The notes under the pieces are model-generated. The model did no database searches. It saw only the letters and a list, made by a program, of their open reading frames with translations, and was not told the DNA's origin. From contig CM114271.1 in NCBI GenBank assembly GCA_050084515.1, forward strand, positions 992,001 to 1,056,000: a DNA stretch of 64,000 nt. Reading direction: 5' to 3'. This document shows positions 13,690 through 27,100 of this stretch, in pieces. Source of the DNA: Blasia pusilla (Eukaryota). The first letter of the stretch is position 1. Every line of letters begins with the position of its first letter. A program made the translations under genes and the position numbers.

Positions 13690-14385
13690 AACCGGATCAA
13701 CTAAACTCAATACTACTCTTCAACTAAATTCCATTCGGAGGGACCGAGGAACGACATCACCCGTGCTGGATAACCTCGACTCAATTCAACTCGCGCCGGA
13801 TCACCTCAACTCATTTCTACACTTCAACGCAACTCAACTCTACTCGTGACGCTGGATCACCTCAACTCTATTCTCTTCTTCATCGGAACTCAATTCTACT
13901 CGTGCTGTCGGATGACCTCAACTCAATTCTACTCTCCAAAGCAACTCAACTCAACTCAACTCTACTCTTCAATAAAATCTCAACTCGATTCTACTCTTCA
14001 ATGCAACTCGACTCAATTCTTCTCTTCAACGCAACTCAACTATACTCGTGCGGGATCACCTGAACTCGATTCTCGTCTTCAACGCAACGCAACTGAATTC
14101 TATCTCCTCTTCAATGCAACTCAACTCAATTCTTCCCTTCAACGCAACTCTCCTCTCCTCTCCTCGTGAGAGATCACCTGAAAGTCGATTCTCTTCGTCG
14201 ACGCTACTCAAATTTAACTCATCTTCGATACAACTCAACTCAATTATTCTCTTCAACGAAACAAAAATCTACTCTACTCGTGCGGGATCACCTGAACTCG
14301 ATTATCTTCGTCAACGCAACTCAACTCTATCAGAGCGTTCTACGGATCAATTCTAGTCTTCAACGCAACTCAATTTTACTCGCTC
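13690..14385. repeat. Degenerate minisatellite built from TCTTCAACGCAACTCAACTC and ACTCGTGCGGGATCACCTGAACTCGATT units
   Basis: Many variant copies are directly visible, with strong C/T-versus-G strand asymmetry. The ORFs here are repeat artefacts. Confidence 0.85.
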
Positions 14386-14390
14386 CTCCA

Positions 14391-14611
14391 GACCTCATCA
14401 CCCTCTCCTCCCCTGTCCCAAACCACTAACTCCGGTTAATCGTTAAACTCCCCGCCCTCTGACCTCATCGCGCAGTCCGCCTTCCTCCCTCTCGTCCTCT
14501 GTCTCCGAGAACTAACTCCGGTTAAACTCCTCGCCCTCTGACCTCACCTCGCTCCCCCCTCCCCTCTCCTCTTCCGTCTCCACTAAGTAACTGCGGTTAA
14601 ACTCCCCGCCA
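14391..14611. repeat. Three tandem ~70-80 bp units (GACCTCA...TAACTCCGGTTAAACTCCCCGCC)
   Basis: Units start at 14391, 14461 and 14540. Confidence 0.8.
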
Positions 14612-15119
14612 GCTTTAGGTCTTCTTCTAAGCTTTGATAACATCTAGGGGAGCAAGTTTTATCGTGTTAAACTATTCTAAGAAGCGATGAAGGGGTTATG
14701 GGAGAGGTTTTACATTTTGCTATTTATTGTACTCTTCTTATGGTTTTGATAAATTGATTGGGTTTAATTATTGTGCTCTACGAGGAGAGTGCCTTCTTGA
14801 TTTTGCAGGAAAAATATTTTATTTTATTTTTATGAGCAATAAGGAAAACAAATAAAGTCCTTTCACTCCATGCAAATTCATTCCCTCACATGGCACAGGC
14901 TGCATACTAGTTGTAGTTAGAGGAGCTTTCATAGCTTTGGAACATGCCCAAATCAATGAGCTTAAGACGCCTGCTTGGGCATGAGGAGACGTCATTGTTT
15001 GAGGTTTTTTTGGGTAGTCGTTCTCTTAGTGGTTTTGATATTGGTGAGTTTAGTTTTAGGGGGTTCCCCATTTTTCTTTGCCTATGGCCATCAAAGAGAA
15101 AAATATACATATAAATAGA

Positions 15120-15590
15120 AAATAGAATGGGAAACCCATCAGGATAAAAACGAGGGGGCATAGAGAGGCAAAAAACCCCAAGAGCCACAACCGGCCCCGA
15201 GGAGAAAGAAGGGGGCCTCCCCCCTAACGACCAAAATCACCAACAGAAAAGACAATATCAACAACACCTAGAGAATTATGACTACTACTAAGTGGGCCTC
15301 TAGCATTGGCGTCTACAACCGCTTGAGCCCGCCGCAAAGCTATGGAGACCTGTTGCTTACAATAGAGTATTGCAGTGGCTAAGGACAACCCATTTTTCGA
15401 CTGGAAAAGATGGGCGCAATCCGTAAGGAACGAGTCAAACCTCTCCCCCATAGCCCCGTACATATCAATGACTAAGGGAGATAAATCAATGTCTGTCATG
15501 AAGTCGACCATAAATGTGGGTCTTCTTGATCGCCACCGCCGCCACCCCTTCTACCAATCTCCGTGATGCCACCACTTGGGCTTGCATGGA
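15120..15590 (-). mobile_element. 3' fragment of a restriction-like-endonuclease (CRE-type) non-LTR retrotransposon
   Basis: ORF 15224-15511 (PLVIDMYGAMGERFDSFLTDCAH...QVSIALRRAQA) resembles the FxPLxxExxGxxG...SxALxRxQA C-terminus of CRE-clade proteins. It is colinear with the copy at 36009-36665. Confidence 0.65.
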
Positions 15591-16240
15591 CATCAAATGT
15601 GACCTTGGTGTTCCTAAGTTTTCGAGTCCCCCTCTTTTGAGATCCTCTTTTTAAAATCTGATGGTTTTCCCCATCTTATTTTATTCAGGTCTTGTCTTTC
15701 CGATTTAAGACAAAGGGTAAACTCTCCCATGAAAACAAACCAAAGACCGAACAGAAACACATTCTAAATTTTTGGTTAGCAATTTCTATCCATAAACTTT
15801 ATGTGACCATATCATGTGGAGGAATTGGTTGGCAAGATCATCATAGTGATTGTAATTTTGACCCCTCCAATCTCACTTGGAGAGGCTAGTTTGTGAATAT
15901 ATCTAGCAACACAAGTTTTCAATGATGACGAATGTTATAGTTGAAAACTTGCATGAATAATAAGGATGAATGTCTTATCTTATGCTTGTCATAATCATCA
16001 CACTCTTTTTATTGTTACTCTTACTATAGACAATACATCCCAGCGGCATCAGCATTGATGGGACTATTATGATGGATGCCCACTCATGTCTTGAATCCGA
16101 GCGATTAATAGCATAGCTCATTGGCTTGTTTGTCATTTTCCAAGGTTCGTCAACATTACCCACACTTCCATGTCTGCGTGTTGATCGAGGGGCTTGCTGG
16201 GTCTGAAGACTTTCCGACTTTCATATTAGAAATGAATTCA

Positions 16241-16385
16241 TGTGCCGGGAGACCCGGGAGATCCGGGATAATCATAGCCGGTTAAAATCAAAAATTTCCG
16301 ATTCATGGGAAACTCGTTGGCAAAACTCAAGATTAATGGGTTTCTTTGTAAAAGGTATCTGAAAACCGGTAATGTACTGTTTCCA
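16241..16385 (-). repeat. Dispersed repeat, copy 1 (inverted relative to 43990-44150)
   Basis: Its reverse complement shares ACCGGTTTTCAGATA, AATCGGAAATT, TTTAACCGGCTA and CCCGGATCTCCC, in order, with 44021-44148. Confidence 0.75.
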
Positions 16386-17684
16386 TGAAAGCACTCCCCG
16401 GCCACAGCACCCACCCTCATGCCCAAACTTTTCCAAGATAAGTTCGAAGACTTTCCAGCTTTCAAAATTAGAGATGAATGCGCGCCCACCCTCATACCCA
16501 AACGAATATTCCCTGTCATTGCTTGAAGGTGCAAAGGAATGTCGGAAATCTGGAGATGGCACTAGATGCACAGGATATCCACGGACTGCGCTCAAGATGG
16601 CAAATCTAAGCTTTCGATCCGTAAACTGTGCTCGCGAGCAATGCAACTTTTGACGAACAACTCCCGGTGAAAATAGCAAATCGAATCCCGAGGATCCGCT
16701 AACCTTTCTTGAAAACAATGCAACGTTAGGGATCCATCCGCAATCTCCATTTCTACTCACCTCGCCTATGCATACCCGACATGGACTTCCAAACAAAGCT
16801 TGACCACTCACATGGAAGACTCACTAGAACCATTGAATTCTATCACAAAGTACACGTTTTCTACACACCCGAGAACCCCCTTCTTGAAAGCTGGGCTCGG
16901 GAGACTCTAAGACGCACGCAAGAGAATTAGCATTAGCAACAAACGCAACAAGATTATGTTTATCGTGGACACTTAAAATCGGCAAGTTCTTGCCGACATT
17001 GGTCTATCAAATGCCGTTGAGGGAAACTAAATGTAATCTTCTCAAAGATGCTTTCCATCAATCAAACATTTTCAACAACGACGTGCCACTTGTGAATCTT
17101 ACTAATCTTCCTTGTTAATGTACATTAGGGCCATTCTACCCAATACATCGGTATTGCATCCTCTTATTGGGCTAAGTTAACGGTTTATTGATGTGGAGTA
17201 CTAAGTAGTAGGAGTTTCTAAGTTGAAAGATCTCCCATTACATCATGGGAAGAAACTACGGTAAAAACATTAAAAATGGTTGAGATTCAGACACCATCTT
17301 TTGGAGGAGTGCTTCCACATATTTAAGTTCTCCCACATTTTCACTCTTGGGGAGCCCGGATTCAAAAACCTGAGGATGCATAGCCGTGAGGTCGGGGCAA
17401 AACAGGGAGGATCTCAGATGCCTGGGTTTCACGAAAGGGCAGAAGAGATGGTGCTAAAATTTAGCAGATGACTGATGTACACAAGCTTCCGTGTATGCAC
17501 AAATTTACTCGATGTACAAAAAGGGAAATCCCATTTTCCAAATTGAACGGAGCTAAGACTTATGGCTGCGTGACGTTGAGGAAAAGGACGATTGACTGGT
17601 AATGTCTTTGCCTGCCATTTGCTGCTCCCCATCCTCTAGGCAGTGACGTAGCTCCATGTCAGGGGACTACATAGACCGCTAGCT

Positions 17685-20600
17685 TTACCAGTTTAACGCT
17701 GGTCTTGCAGCCAAGTCCTGTAATTTCGCACGATGGTTGTTCTCCACCTCAGCCTAGTGATGAAGAGATCGAGGAATCAGTCCAATTGCAACCAACTGAG
17801 TAAACAGCAATCCAGCGGGATTAGGGCTTTGCACTACCTTAGAGGCCCGCATGAGCGGCTCGAGAAACGATGACCTGAAGTAATGTATCGATTTTGCCAG
17901 CGTCGTCCTCTCCCAATCTGCAGCAAACACTTTCGCTATTACTCGAATCCATATTACAACACCACACCCTAAACATACCATACAAGATGGGTCGAATGAC
18001 AGAAGAAGGCACGTGACGTAGGCAGTTGTGTGGGAGTCTATAGGTATACAAAACCAGACATTCCCTAACATTACCTTTCAATTTGGGAGTAGACAGAGAG
18101 CTATCTTCAACGTCGTCCTTATTGAGCTCGTAAAGTAGCTGCAGATGCCAAATACACGAAGGTTACACATAAGCCAAAATACAGGCTGAGGAAAAGTTGA
18201 CCACCAACTCCCAGCGGGTAACGCAAACGACCAGACTTGAAAATATCTCGACCCTCAGTGACGGATACACCGAAGCTCTGCCAAAATCCAGAAGCCGTCC
18301 TCCGTAATGAAAGCTTCACAAATCTTCGACGAGAGCTTGACTAATCCATGAATCCACTTACCTGACTTAGAGTCGGGACCTCCATGGGATTGAAGTCCTC
18401 ACAACTTCTTGGATCTATTGGCACACAAACACGTCCTGCAGGGGCATCCTCATCAGGTCACCTTCTTCAGTCGATATCGGATTACAGAAGGTCCGTACGT
18501 TTCCGGAAAGGATCATAACGTCTCCTGCTTTAAAGAAAGATGTGACTCCAGAGAGCAAATTTCAACTGTACACATCAAGTTCACCGCTGCTGTATATTGT
18601 GGCCCCACTGTCCAAGCAGGTGTCTCAAAAGAAGGTGAACATGACCATCAAACGACATGTTATATCATACCCAGGAGATGGCTCATAAGAGATCATACCT
18701 GTTTTCGGATGCACACAAAACGGCGATTTGAGAAGATGGTTCATATGTTTCGACACCTGAGGAGATACAGGAGATATCAGCGATGAAGAAAGCATTACGC
18801 GATTGCTTAATCGCGTAATTGATACTTGAACTACACAAGATTATGCAAAGCCATCGCACCTCCATATCAAGTCGCGGATACGTATAAGAGAAGACAATCT
18901 CCTCCACACATCGCCTTAAGGCTTGCCCCTGCATTTCACATCATACTGTTACAATCAAAATACTAACATCTGACAGCTTCAGCAACTAACATCATGCAAT
19001 CCGTGAAAACTCGTCTCCGTTTGGCAACTATCCACACCAGAAAAAAATGTGACAGATCCATGTTGCTTAGGGTGAAGGCATCAACGAGATACTCTCTCCA
19101 ACCGAGTAACTTGGGGTTTTCAGAAAATATAACATTGGATGCATTTTGAGAGAGTCGGAGGTAGGAGTAGGAATCCATCAACCAATTTTGTCCCTTAAAG
19201 ACGTGCGAAGTATTTTAAACAAATCACTTTGGGAAATATCTGATGACAAGTGCTCAGACGTGCAATTCCCTCTTGGCAGACTCTCTGTTCCCCAAAGAGA
19301 AAATATTCAACAAAAGTCACCTTAAATTTCCCTTGTTCCAGAAGTTGCTTCAGTTGCCTCCAACGTGCTCCATTCGGTTCATCTTTGCCAGATGCTGACC
19401 TTCTGCCTTCCTGCCACCTGCCTCGCAATTGTGCCCTTACATCTGACAACTCCCCGCTAAATTATTTTAGTTGAGGATCCACTTGTCCCCCAAATGGACG
19501 AAATGTCTAGAGGAATCTTTGGCAGACGCCAGGGCCAGAGATTCAGATCAACTACACACTACCAATGAGACTCACATCACAAGTGGAAGGAAAACTTACT
19601 ATCATCTAGCACCATCTCAAGGACCTTTTCATAGTTTTCCTCTGGGGCAAGTAGACTTTGGTTTAAGAGTATCTTCTCCTCGAAGTAATGCTTGAGCACC
19701 TCTGTATAGGCTCTCCTAGACACATGGCAAACAAACGGCACATGTCAAACTGACTGCGAAAAAGAAACACTCGTTGAAAATCATTTCAATGCAAAATGTC
19801 TCGCAGAGAACAATGATGGACTAGATGAATGCTATACATGTTGAGATGATACATTGCACTCCTTGTGTACTTGACGATCAAATCCAAAGGAGTTGAACTG
19901 GAATGTCAACATCAAAAAGTTGTGGAGGGCTAAAATAACTCACGATAATGAGGGGTGCAGGGCAGCACCTGGGAGAGTGACTTTCTTTCCGTTCATCTCA
20001 CTTCCCTGCAGTGAACTATTCCTCATTAAAAAACACATTCACAACTCCCCTCACCATGATGCATTGGAATTTCATCAAAACATGTCCTTTTTTAAAAAGA
20101 ATGAGATAAAATTGACATATTCATGTGGCAAGATGGTTTGTATAACCTTGTACACGCGAAAAAAGTCTGCGATCGAAGACCTTTGCTCGTTGGTCAATCT
20201 GCAGAATCACAATATTAATCCTATTTCAATCAAATTTTATCATTACTCCAAAATAGGTTCTCAGAGTTTCACCAGAACCCGTTCGTGGTTGGGGAAAAGA
20301 AACTTCAACAAAAATGGGGGAAGAGTATGCACAAACAGTGAAATAATGAATTCCACAAACACGTTAAGCAAATTGATCCTTTGGGCGACATGTTCCTATG
20401 ATAATTTAAAGACTTCTCTTGGTTGAAGTGGCGCAGATCCCTTTGCCATCTACTATTCAAACCAGCTCATGTCCGATTCTTGCAATTCATGAAAGAATGA
20501 TGAGGTCACCTGCGTGCTCTTGAATCACAAACCCAACAGTGAACACCACGTCGCCCACTGTAAACCCACAGCAAATGCTCAAAGCCAAAATCATCTGCGA

Positions 20601-22888
20601 AACATATTTGTCCATCAAACTCTGGAGGCAGGTGTTCTGCTCAATCTAAACAGGTCCAGACTTTTCAGTACAGAAATTGTGAGGGATTACGTTCTAATAA
20701 CAAGCCTGAGTATAGTAGAAGTAGAATCAATGTAATAGCATCAACCGTTGTAAGAAGAAACAATGCCACTCAGGGGTCTTGTAAATAGAGATAGGAGTAA
20801 AAACGTCTAAACAACACTTCACGAGACAAAATTGACAGGAAGATCCAAAGAAGCACAAAGTTCCATCAATATCATTCAGACATTGCCAAAGACCAATGTA
20901 GCCTGTAACTCACCTCTCAAACTGGTGTCCACAACTTTGATGGCAACAGTCATCAGAGGCCAGCATAGCAAGCAAATGTCAGCCCCACTGCAACAACTTC
21001 GAATGTCATCATAATCGGTCATATCCTGGAAGAAACATGCTGAAAGGTTAGAAAACCAAACTGCGCTCTGTACTTCAGTAACCTTCAAACAGTTCCTACA
21101 GGCTATTACGCATGATAGCTCCTCTCATCACATGTGATTCTATGCAAACAAAGGTTAAAGTCTATGGTTTTCCAGTCGTGGATTTCCACTTTGGTTTTCA
21201 TCAATTTCCTCCACCATGGAGGAAATTAATGAAAATCATTCACCTTTGCAGGAATTTTAGTAGGAACAGTGCACCGGGTTCACGTCTTGGTACAGAGAAT
21301 TGGGGACGAATATCATGTTGATCACAGGGGCTCTGGTACTCAGCAGGCACGACTCCTCAGATTTAACTTCGACTGGCGGACTGAAAATCTTTGAGCGGAA
21401 TGCTGACATATGGAACCTACCACATCGAAGACGAGCTCCCTCTCTACTGGTGAGAAGACCTTGTCTCCTCCCAGACTTGAGTACGCTGTTCGTTTGGATG
21501 GCTGTGACAACAAACCAACTTTCAGAGATTCTACTTTCAGAGGACATCTCAGAATTTCCAGAGTTCAATTTGGTAGTTTAACTATTTCATGTGACCTAGA
21601 GAACAGATAGAATTCCTCTGTGGCTTGACTGACGAACACAGGATTTTTTCAAGGCAAATTCAGACTCGCAATCGTTACTCGAAGTCAGATGGAACATGTT
21701 CGCCAGAAGAAAACTAGCAAAGAGCCAATTAGGTAATTGAGTAACAGAGCTAACAACACTCACGTCGACGTTGTAAACGGCCCCAATATCGATTTTGTGA
21801 GGACATTTTTCTCGAATGGCTGCCTCCATTTCAGAGGCGTCATGGAATGATAAGTACCGGAGATAGATTTCATGCTCTAATGTAAACGAGAACTCTCTTC
21901 GACCAAAGAAAGAGGGGTCGCACCCAGGATGCTTTCCATCTGTACCAATATAAGCAGGATTATTAATTTACGACAATTCTTTCACATTCTAAAGACAGCT
22001 GGAACCACTCCATCATGACAACACGAATTAAGAGAATAAATAACTGGCAAGCCTGAACATAGTCCATTTCGGGCCTGTCCCAAGACCTCCAAATGCTCAC
22101 CGTGACCGTAAGAAAGCCATTTGTGCACTTCGGTGTAGGGAAATAGCCTCCCTGAAACGAAGAACCACGGTGCAGTTAGCATTGCTCTGCAAAGCATTTA
22201 TCTCCCTCTCAAGTAAAAGGTCCTAAAGTTTTGAGAGAATCGACGTAACGCCTGCTGGATTATTCAATCCTCACGCAAAAAAGCTTCACTTCACTGTCAT
22301 CTGCATTCTGAGATTTACAATGCCACATTGACGTAGAGATGTAGATGAATTACAAAGGAGGTACATTTTGTTCTGGGAGGAGAGAAGGCAGCATCCAAAA
22401 TTACGCGAGGAGAAAGTAAAATGTTCAGAACTGGGAAGCTTACAGTGTCGTGTTTCTACAAGCGTCTGCAGCTAGAGTCAAATTAACGTTAAGATCTGGG
22501 TGAATTATAAGGACGGTAAATTTTCTTCAAGGCAAACAGAATGTACCATCGTAGAATTATGCAAGAAAGAAGCTTCGTGTTTCTTAAAGAGCGTGAAGCT
22601 AGAGTCAAGTCTGCGTTTCTAAAATCCGTGTCCAGAAACATTCCCAACTCGGTGCAGGAAGATTTCCGGCAAAATACCAGGTTACTGAAACAACCAGTCC
22701 TTAAACGCCGAACGAAGAAAACATGAAATCATATCGACCATCCCGGATGTTCGGCTGACACACAAAAGGCTCTCAAGCTCACCGTAATAGAGCTTCAAAT
22801 ACTCGGGGCTGAATTCTCCGGGAAGTTGAGGCGGCTGCGCAGGCGGAATAACATCAATCTCCATCGGTTTGGCAGAACTCATCACCAT
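17685..22888 (-). CDS. PRIM1: DNA primase small (catalytic) subunit, 16 exons
   Basis: GT-AG exons translate as [112 protein letters not shown], and end ...RPALNW* at 17685. The catalytic DxD, SGxRG and HLLK motifs are all present. Confidence 0.96.
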
Positions 22889-24156
22889 TTCCTGAGATTG
22901 ATCGGCTGCTGAAGGCAACAGCAGCGCCCCCACAGATTGACGCCCCAAACGACAGCCAAGCTCCAGCGTCGCCTCTTCCTCCGCAGCTCCAATTGCCTTC
23001 TACTGAAACAGCGATGATCCGTCTCCCTCCTGAAATCACGGCACTCGCTCTCCTAAACTCAAAAAACTCAGTTGCCCTGCGCGCAATCCGAAGAAGTTTT
23101 CTCATTTCCCCGCGGATTTTTTTTTGGCGCGGAATTTTTCACGACGTCATGAGATGGAAACTGCGTCGCGACGCCGGTAAATGTCGCGGCCACTTGGGTC
23201 TAGGCGACGTCCAATGAAATGGCAGCAGTCTCATCCCGTGGGCCCCACATGGGGGCCCACACGAATTAGATTAATTAAATCTAAAAAATTAATACTTATC
23301 ACTTCCTGATCGTTGACAACTTGACACCGCAAGCGGCGGGCGGCGTTACGTGGCAGAAACGAAACGTGACTCAACGGTTCGAAATAAAACAAAATAAAAT
23401 AAAAATCAATTGACCTTCGGATATCGACCGCAACGCGTGTCGCGGGCGGAGTCCCGCGGCTCCGGCGGGACGCGTCGCGAAGCTCGCGGAGTCTGTCTGT
23501 CCCCGCCGAGCAGCTCTTTGAAGAACAGAAATCTGCTTCCCATCGCCGGTTTCCCGCCGGTCGCTCGCCGGTCACCGTCGTCCGCGTTTCCTCGAGCTTC
23601 CTTGCTTTCTTTCTTTCCTTTCCCGTCAGTGGCTCCCTTTTTCCCCTCTACACTCGACCCGCCAAATCCGCGAGCCCTTCAGTCAGTGACAGCGCGACTG
23701 ACCGACTCCCGCGGCGGAGATGGCAACGAATGATCGATAGTCCTCTGTCAGCGTGTGAGAAAGAAACGAAGGAAAAAGAAAGCGGAGAAGGTCAAGACGC
23801 TCGAGCAACCAGACGCGCGACAGCGCTGCGCTGCGACGAAGACGTGAGAAACATGAGCAGAGAATAGAGATCTGAGATTGAAGGGATTTCGAGATTGAGA
23901 GACGAATGCGCAGCGTTTTGTCGGAGAGCGAGAGCAGAGGAGGCAGGTGCAAATGCGAGAGGAAGAAGAGACGAGTTTGAGGATTTTCTGAGCGGAGGGA
24001 AATTGGGTGCGAGGAGAGAGGAGTGCAGTGATTGGGCCGGGGAACTGGAGTTGTGGAGGAAGGGGGAGACGTTGGAGCGTGGTGTCTGTTGCGGCGCTGC
24101 TGTTGCCCTCCGAGCGGTGGAGAGGGAACCCGGATTGAAGTTTGAGAGACGTATAC
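22889..24156. promoter_or_regulatory. GC/CpG-rich divergent promoter region between PRIM1 and the Smr gene, with E2F-type and TCP/site-II-type motifs
   Basis: TTTGGCGC at 23123-23130 and TTTCCCGC at 23550-23557 fit the E2F consensus TTTSSCGC. An inverted pair GTGGGCCCC / GGGGCCCAC lies at 23238-23246 and 23252-23260. Confidence 0.6.
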
Positions 24157-27100
24157 ATGACGCTGGGGTCAGGAGAAGTGGAGGTGTTGAAAGCGGGGGC
24201 CGGGGGTGAGTTGATGGCGACGCACCAATGGCGGAAGCAGGCGTTTCTGAATGACACGGCATATCCGAGTGAGGTAGCCACAGTGGACATCTCTGAAGAT
24301 GAAGCGCAAGAATTAGATGAAGAGGGGCAGGTTGTGAGTTTACTACTCGAGGCTTTTCCTGGAATTTCTCTTCAGAGCATTGTTTCTGCTTATGCTCGGG
24401 CGAACGAGGATCCCAATTATGCTGCCGAGCTTCTTAGTTTGGAAACCGGAACCGAATCCTCCAACACGTCCGGAGAAGATTCGGACGGACGAGACTACGC
24501 TAAAGGTCAGGGTGGTATGTTCTTTGAAGCAGCGCCCAGGTCACTCGACACTGCTCGTCATCTCGAAAGGAAAGATGATCAAGTTGAGGCTGGAAACGGG
24601 TATACTGTAAGAGCTACCGTCTTGAGAGGCGCCCCTGGAGTACACAATCATGGCGGTAGGCCGCCGGATCCGAACCCTCGCGGTTCCTTGGCTGTCCGCC
24701 CGTGGGTTGCTCCGCCGCCAGCTTGTGAAGATGGCGACGACTGTTTACCCCCTGTCCATGACAGTCGGAATGGAACCAGTATTTGCTCGTCAGCAAGTCA
24801 TTCGTGGGCACGAGGGAGTGCCGGTGTTCCAACTGATGCTTCTTCCGGTAATGGGATTACTAGTAGCTATTATGGCAATTCAAAGCCTCCATCCCCTCCA
24901 AGGTCAGTCTACGTCAATAGCGGCCACACACTCTCAGCTGTTTGCGGGAGCGTTTCGAATTTCCGGCAAGTAAAGAAGTCTGCGCCGCCAAAGGGTAATG
25001 CGAAAGATAGGACGAGTGACCATATGCCGTCTCAACACAGAAGGAATGCTAGGGTGAAAAATAGGGAGGACGAAATGCTGTTTCCAGCGGAGTCACCGCG
25101 AAAGACGAAGAAGAAAGGAGGCTTGAGCGAGGAGACCGGTGAGGAATGTTCCGAAAATGAGTCGGCGCTAAAGGCTGCCGAGGACTTCTTGCACTCCATG
25201 CTGGGTGACAGCTTTGAGCTCCGAGTCGATGTTGTCAGAGATGTTTTGGGTACGTGAGCTTTTGTTAAGGCACTAGGTGATGTCAGAGATCACTTGTGAG
25301 GAACTCAGTAATTTGAGGTTAATTACTTTCTTTACAGCACGTATTCCATTGCACTCCCTTCTTGTTCACGCCCCACAATTCTGTTGGTGTGCCTTGTTTT
25401 ACCCTGCCCGAAGATGTGATCATCGGAATCTAGCGGGGCGAGCTGATGAAAATCAGATGTGAGGTTTAAGTAATTGTGCGGTTGCTTCACAAGATTATGT
25501 TCAGGACAGGACAGGACAACAAAGGCCTTAGCTAGGTCAACACTGCAAGTAAAATACTCATCTCGTAACTTTTACCAGTTTTGAAAGAGGATCTCTGCCA
25601 TTAGCATTCCTTTTTATGCAATTTTTTGTTCGAGAAGTCATAGAATTGTTCAGATGTCAGGTCAATAATCACAGAAATAAAATGGTGTACGGAGTGTTCT
25701 CTGACCGCTGGGAATGGAAGGTTGCGGACTCCACTTAGATGGGTAGCTTCTTAGGAGTTGGGGAGTAAGAGGACAAACACAAGAATTGAGTTTTGGTTTT
25801 GTTTTCTCAGGGCATTTTGCAGGTGACACTGAGAAGGTATGTGTATGGACTTTCATGGAATCAGGGGATGTGTGTAACTACAGCTCATTACCTCTTAGTA
25901 TAAGGGTTGCAACTACTATTGTTCAAGTATGTCTCTTATGTCCTGTTGCTCATGTGGAAGGATTAATGGTGAGGATTTGTTCGTGCACCCTTCAGAGAAA
26001 GAAATATTAGTGTCATGGGCTTTAGAATTCAGCAGTCAAAATTATACTCAAACCAAACTTCAACTTTGGAACTGTGAATGTGGCTTAAAACTTGGAGAGA
26101 AAACAGAAAGAGTAGGAATGTAAATGATGATTAATGTGGATAGAGATCGAGGGCAAGGTTACGGACTATAAGAAGAGTGGGTTGGTGAAGACTTTCAGAG
26201 CCCACTAGTGGGCAGAGCCTTCATCCACCATGATGGAGGGAATGCTCAATTCAGCCTTCTGCCTTAATTTTTGCCTAGTAGTCCCGTCAAAACTGTGATA
26301 TCTTAGCAAACTGGTGGGGAAATTTTCATATCCATCATTCACAGGCTTTTCACCAGATTGAGCCTTTTCAACCTTCTAAATTGACATTAAAATTCCCTCC
26401 CCACATGATAGGGAAGAGGGACGACAGCCGCATGTCTTTCATCTTCTTTTATTTTAGAACCACATATCTCCTGGCTATGGCGAGAGGTTATGGTCCCAAG
26501 GAAGTAGGTATAACCTTTGAATTTGGAGTTTTACAGTAGAACTTGGCATTGGAATTACACTCACAAATATATTTACCATGATGATTTACCATATGTGCAG
26601 GCCTTTGAAACACTTTTACACATGGTGTCACCTTCATCTGGGTATGAACATAGGAGTGATTCTGACCAGAGGTCCGATCCTTTACAAACCCTGATTGAAG
26701 CGTTTCCGAATAGGGATCCTGCTGAAGTTTTGATTGCTTACCAGGTAATTTAGAGATCAGAATGTATGCAAAACTTCTGGAATTTAAATGTGGTTTGGAC
26801 TGTTGGTATTATGTCATTGTTTGGATCATGCATGGCTTGACCTGTTTCTGAAAAAGTACTGGAGTGGGAAATTCTCATACCAGGAATGTAATGAGGATCT
26901 GGAGCTAGCTTCAAACTCCTTGCTTCAAGAGGAGATTCAAAAGAATGGTGAAAGTAAGAGTAAATTAGGTGCTAGCAACCTGGATGTAAGTGTCTGCAAT
27001 CTACCCAAATTTCTTTTCTCTGGATATGATTGTGTCTCCTGCCATGGTGGTCTCATAAATCCAATGCCTATGGTATACAAGTCAAGAGCCTCCACATGGT

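Noticed and set aside
13690..14385. CRISPR-like or coding interpretation of the repeat array
   Set aside because: Units are degenerate and contiguous with no unique spacers, there are no cas genes, the context is eukaryotic, and the ORFs are low-complexity artefacts.
16272..16811. 179 aa minus-strand ORF as a real gene
   Set aside because: It runs into a dispersed repeat and a local duplication, starts at GTG, and matches no family I recognise.
23231..24290. Several overlapping 89-180 aa ORFs on both strands
   Set aside because: Expected in GC-rich promoter/leader DNA; no recognisable domains.
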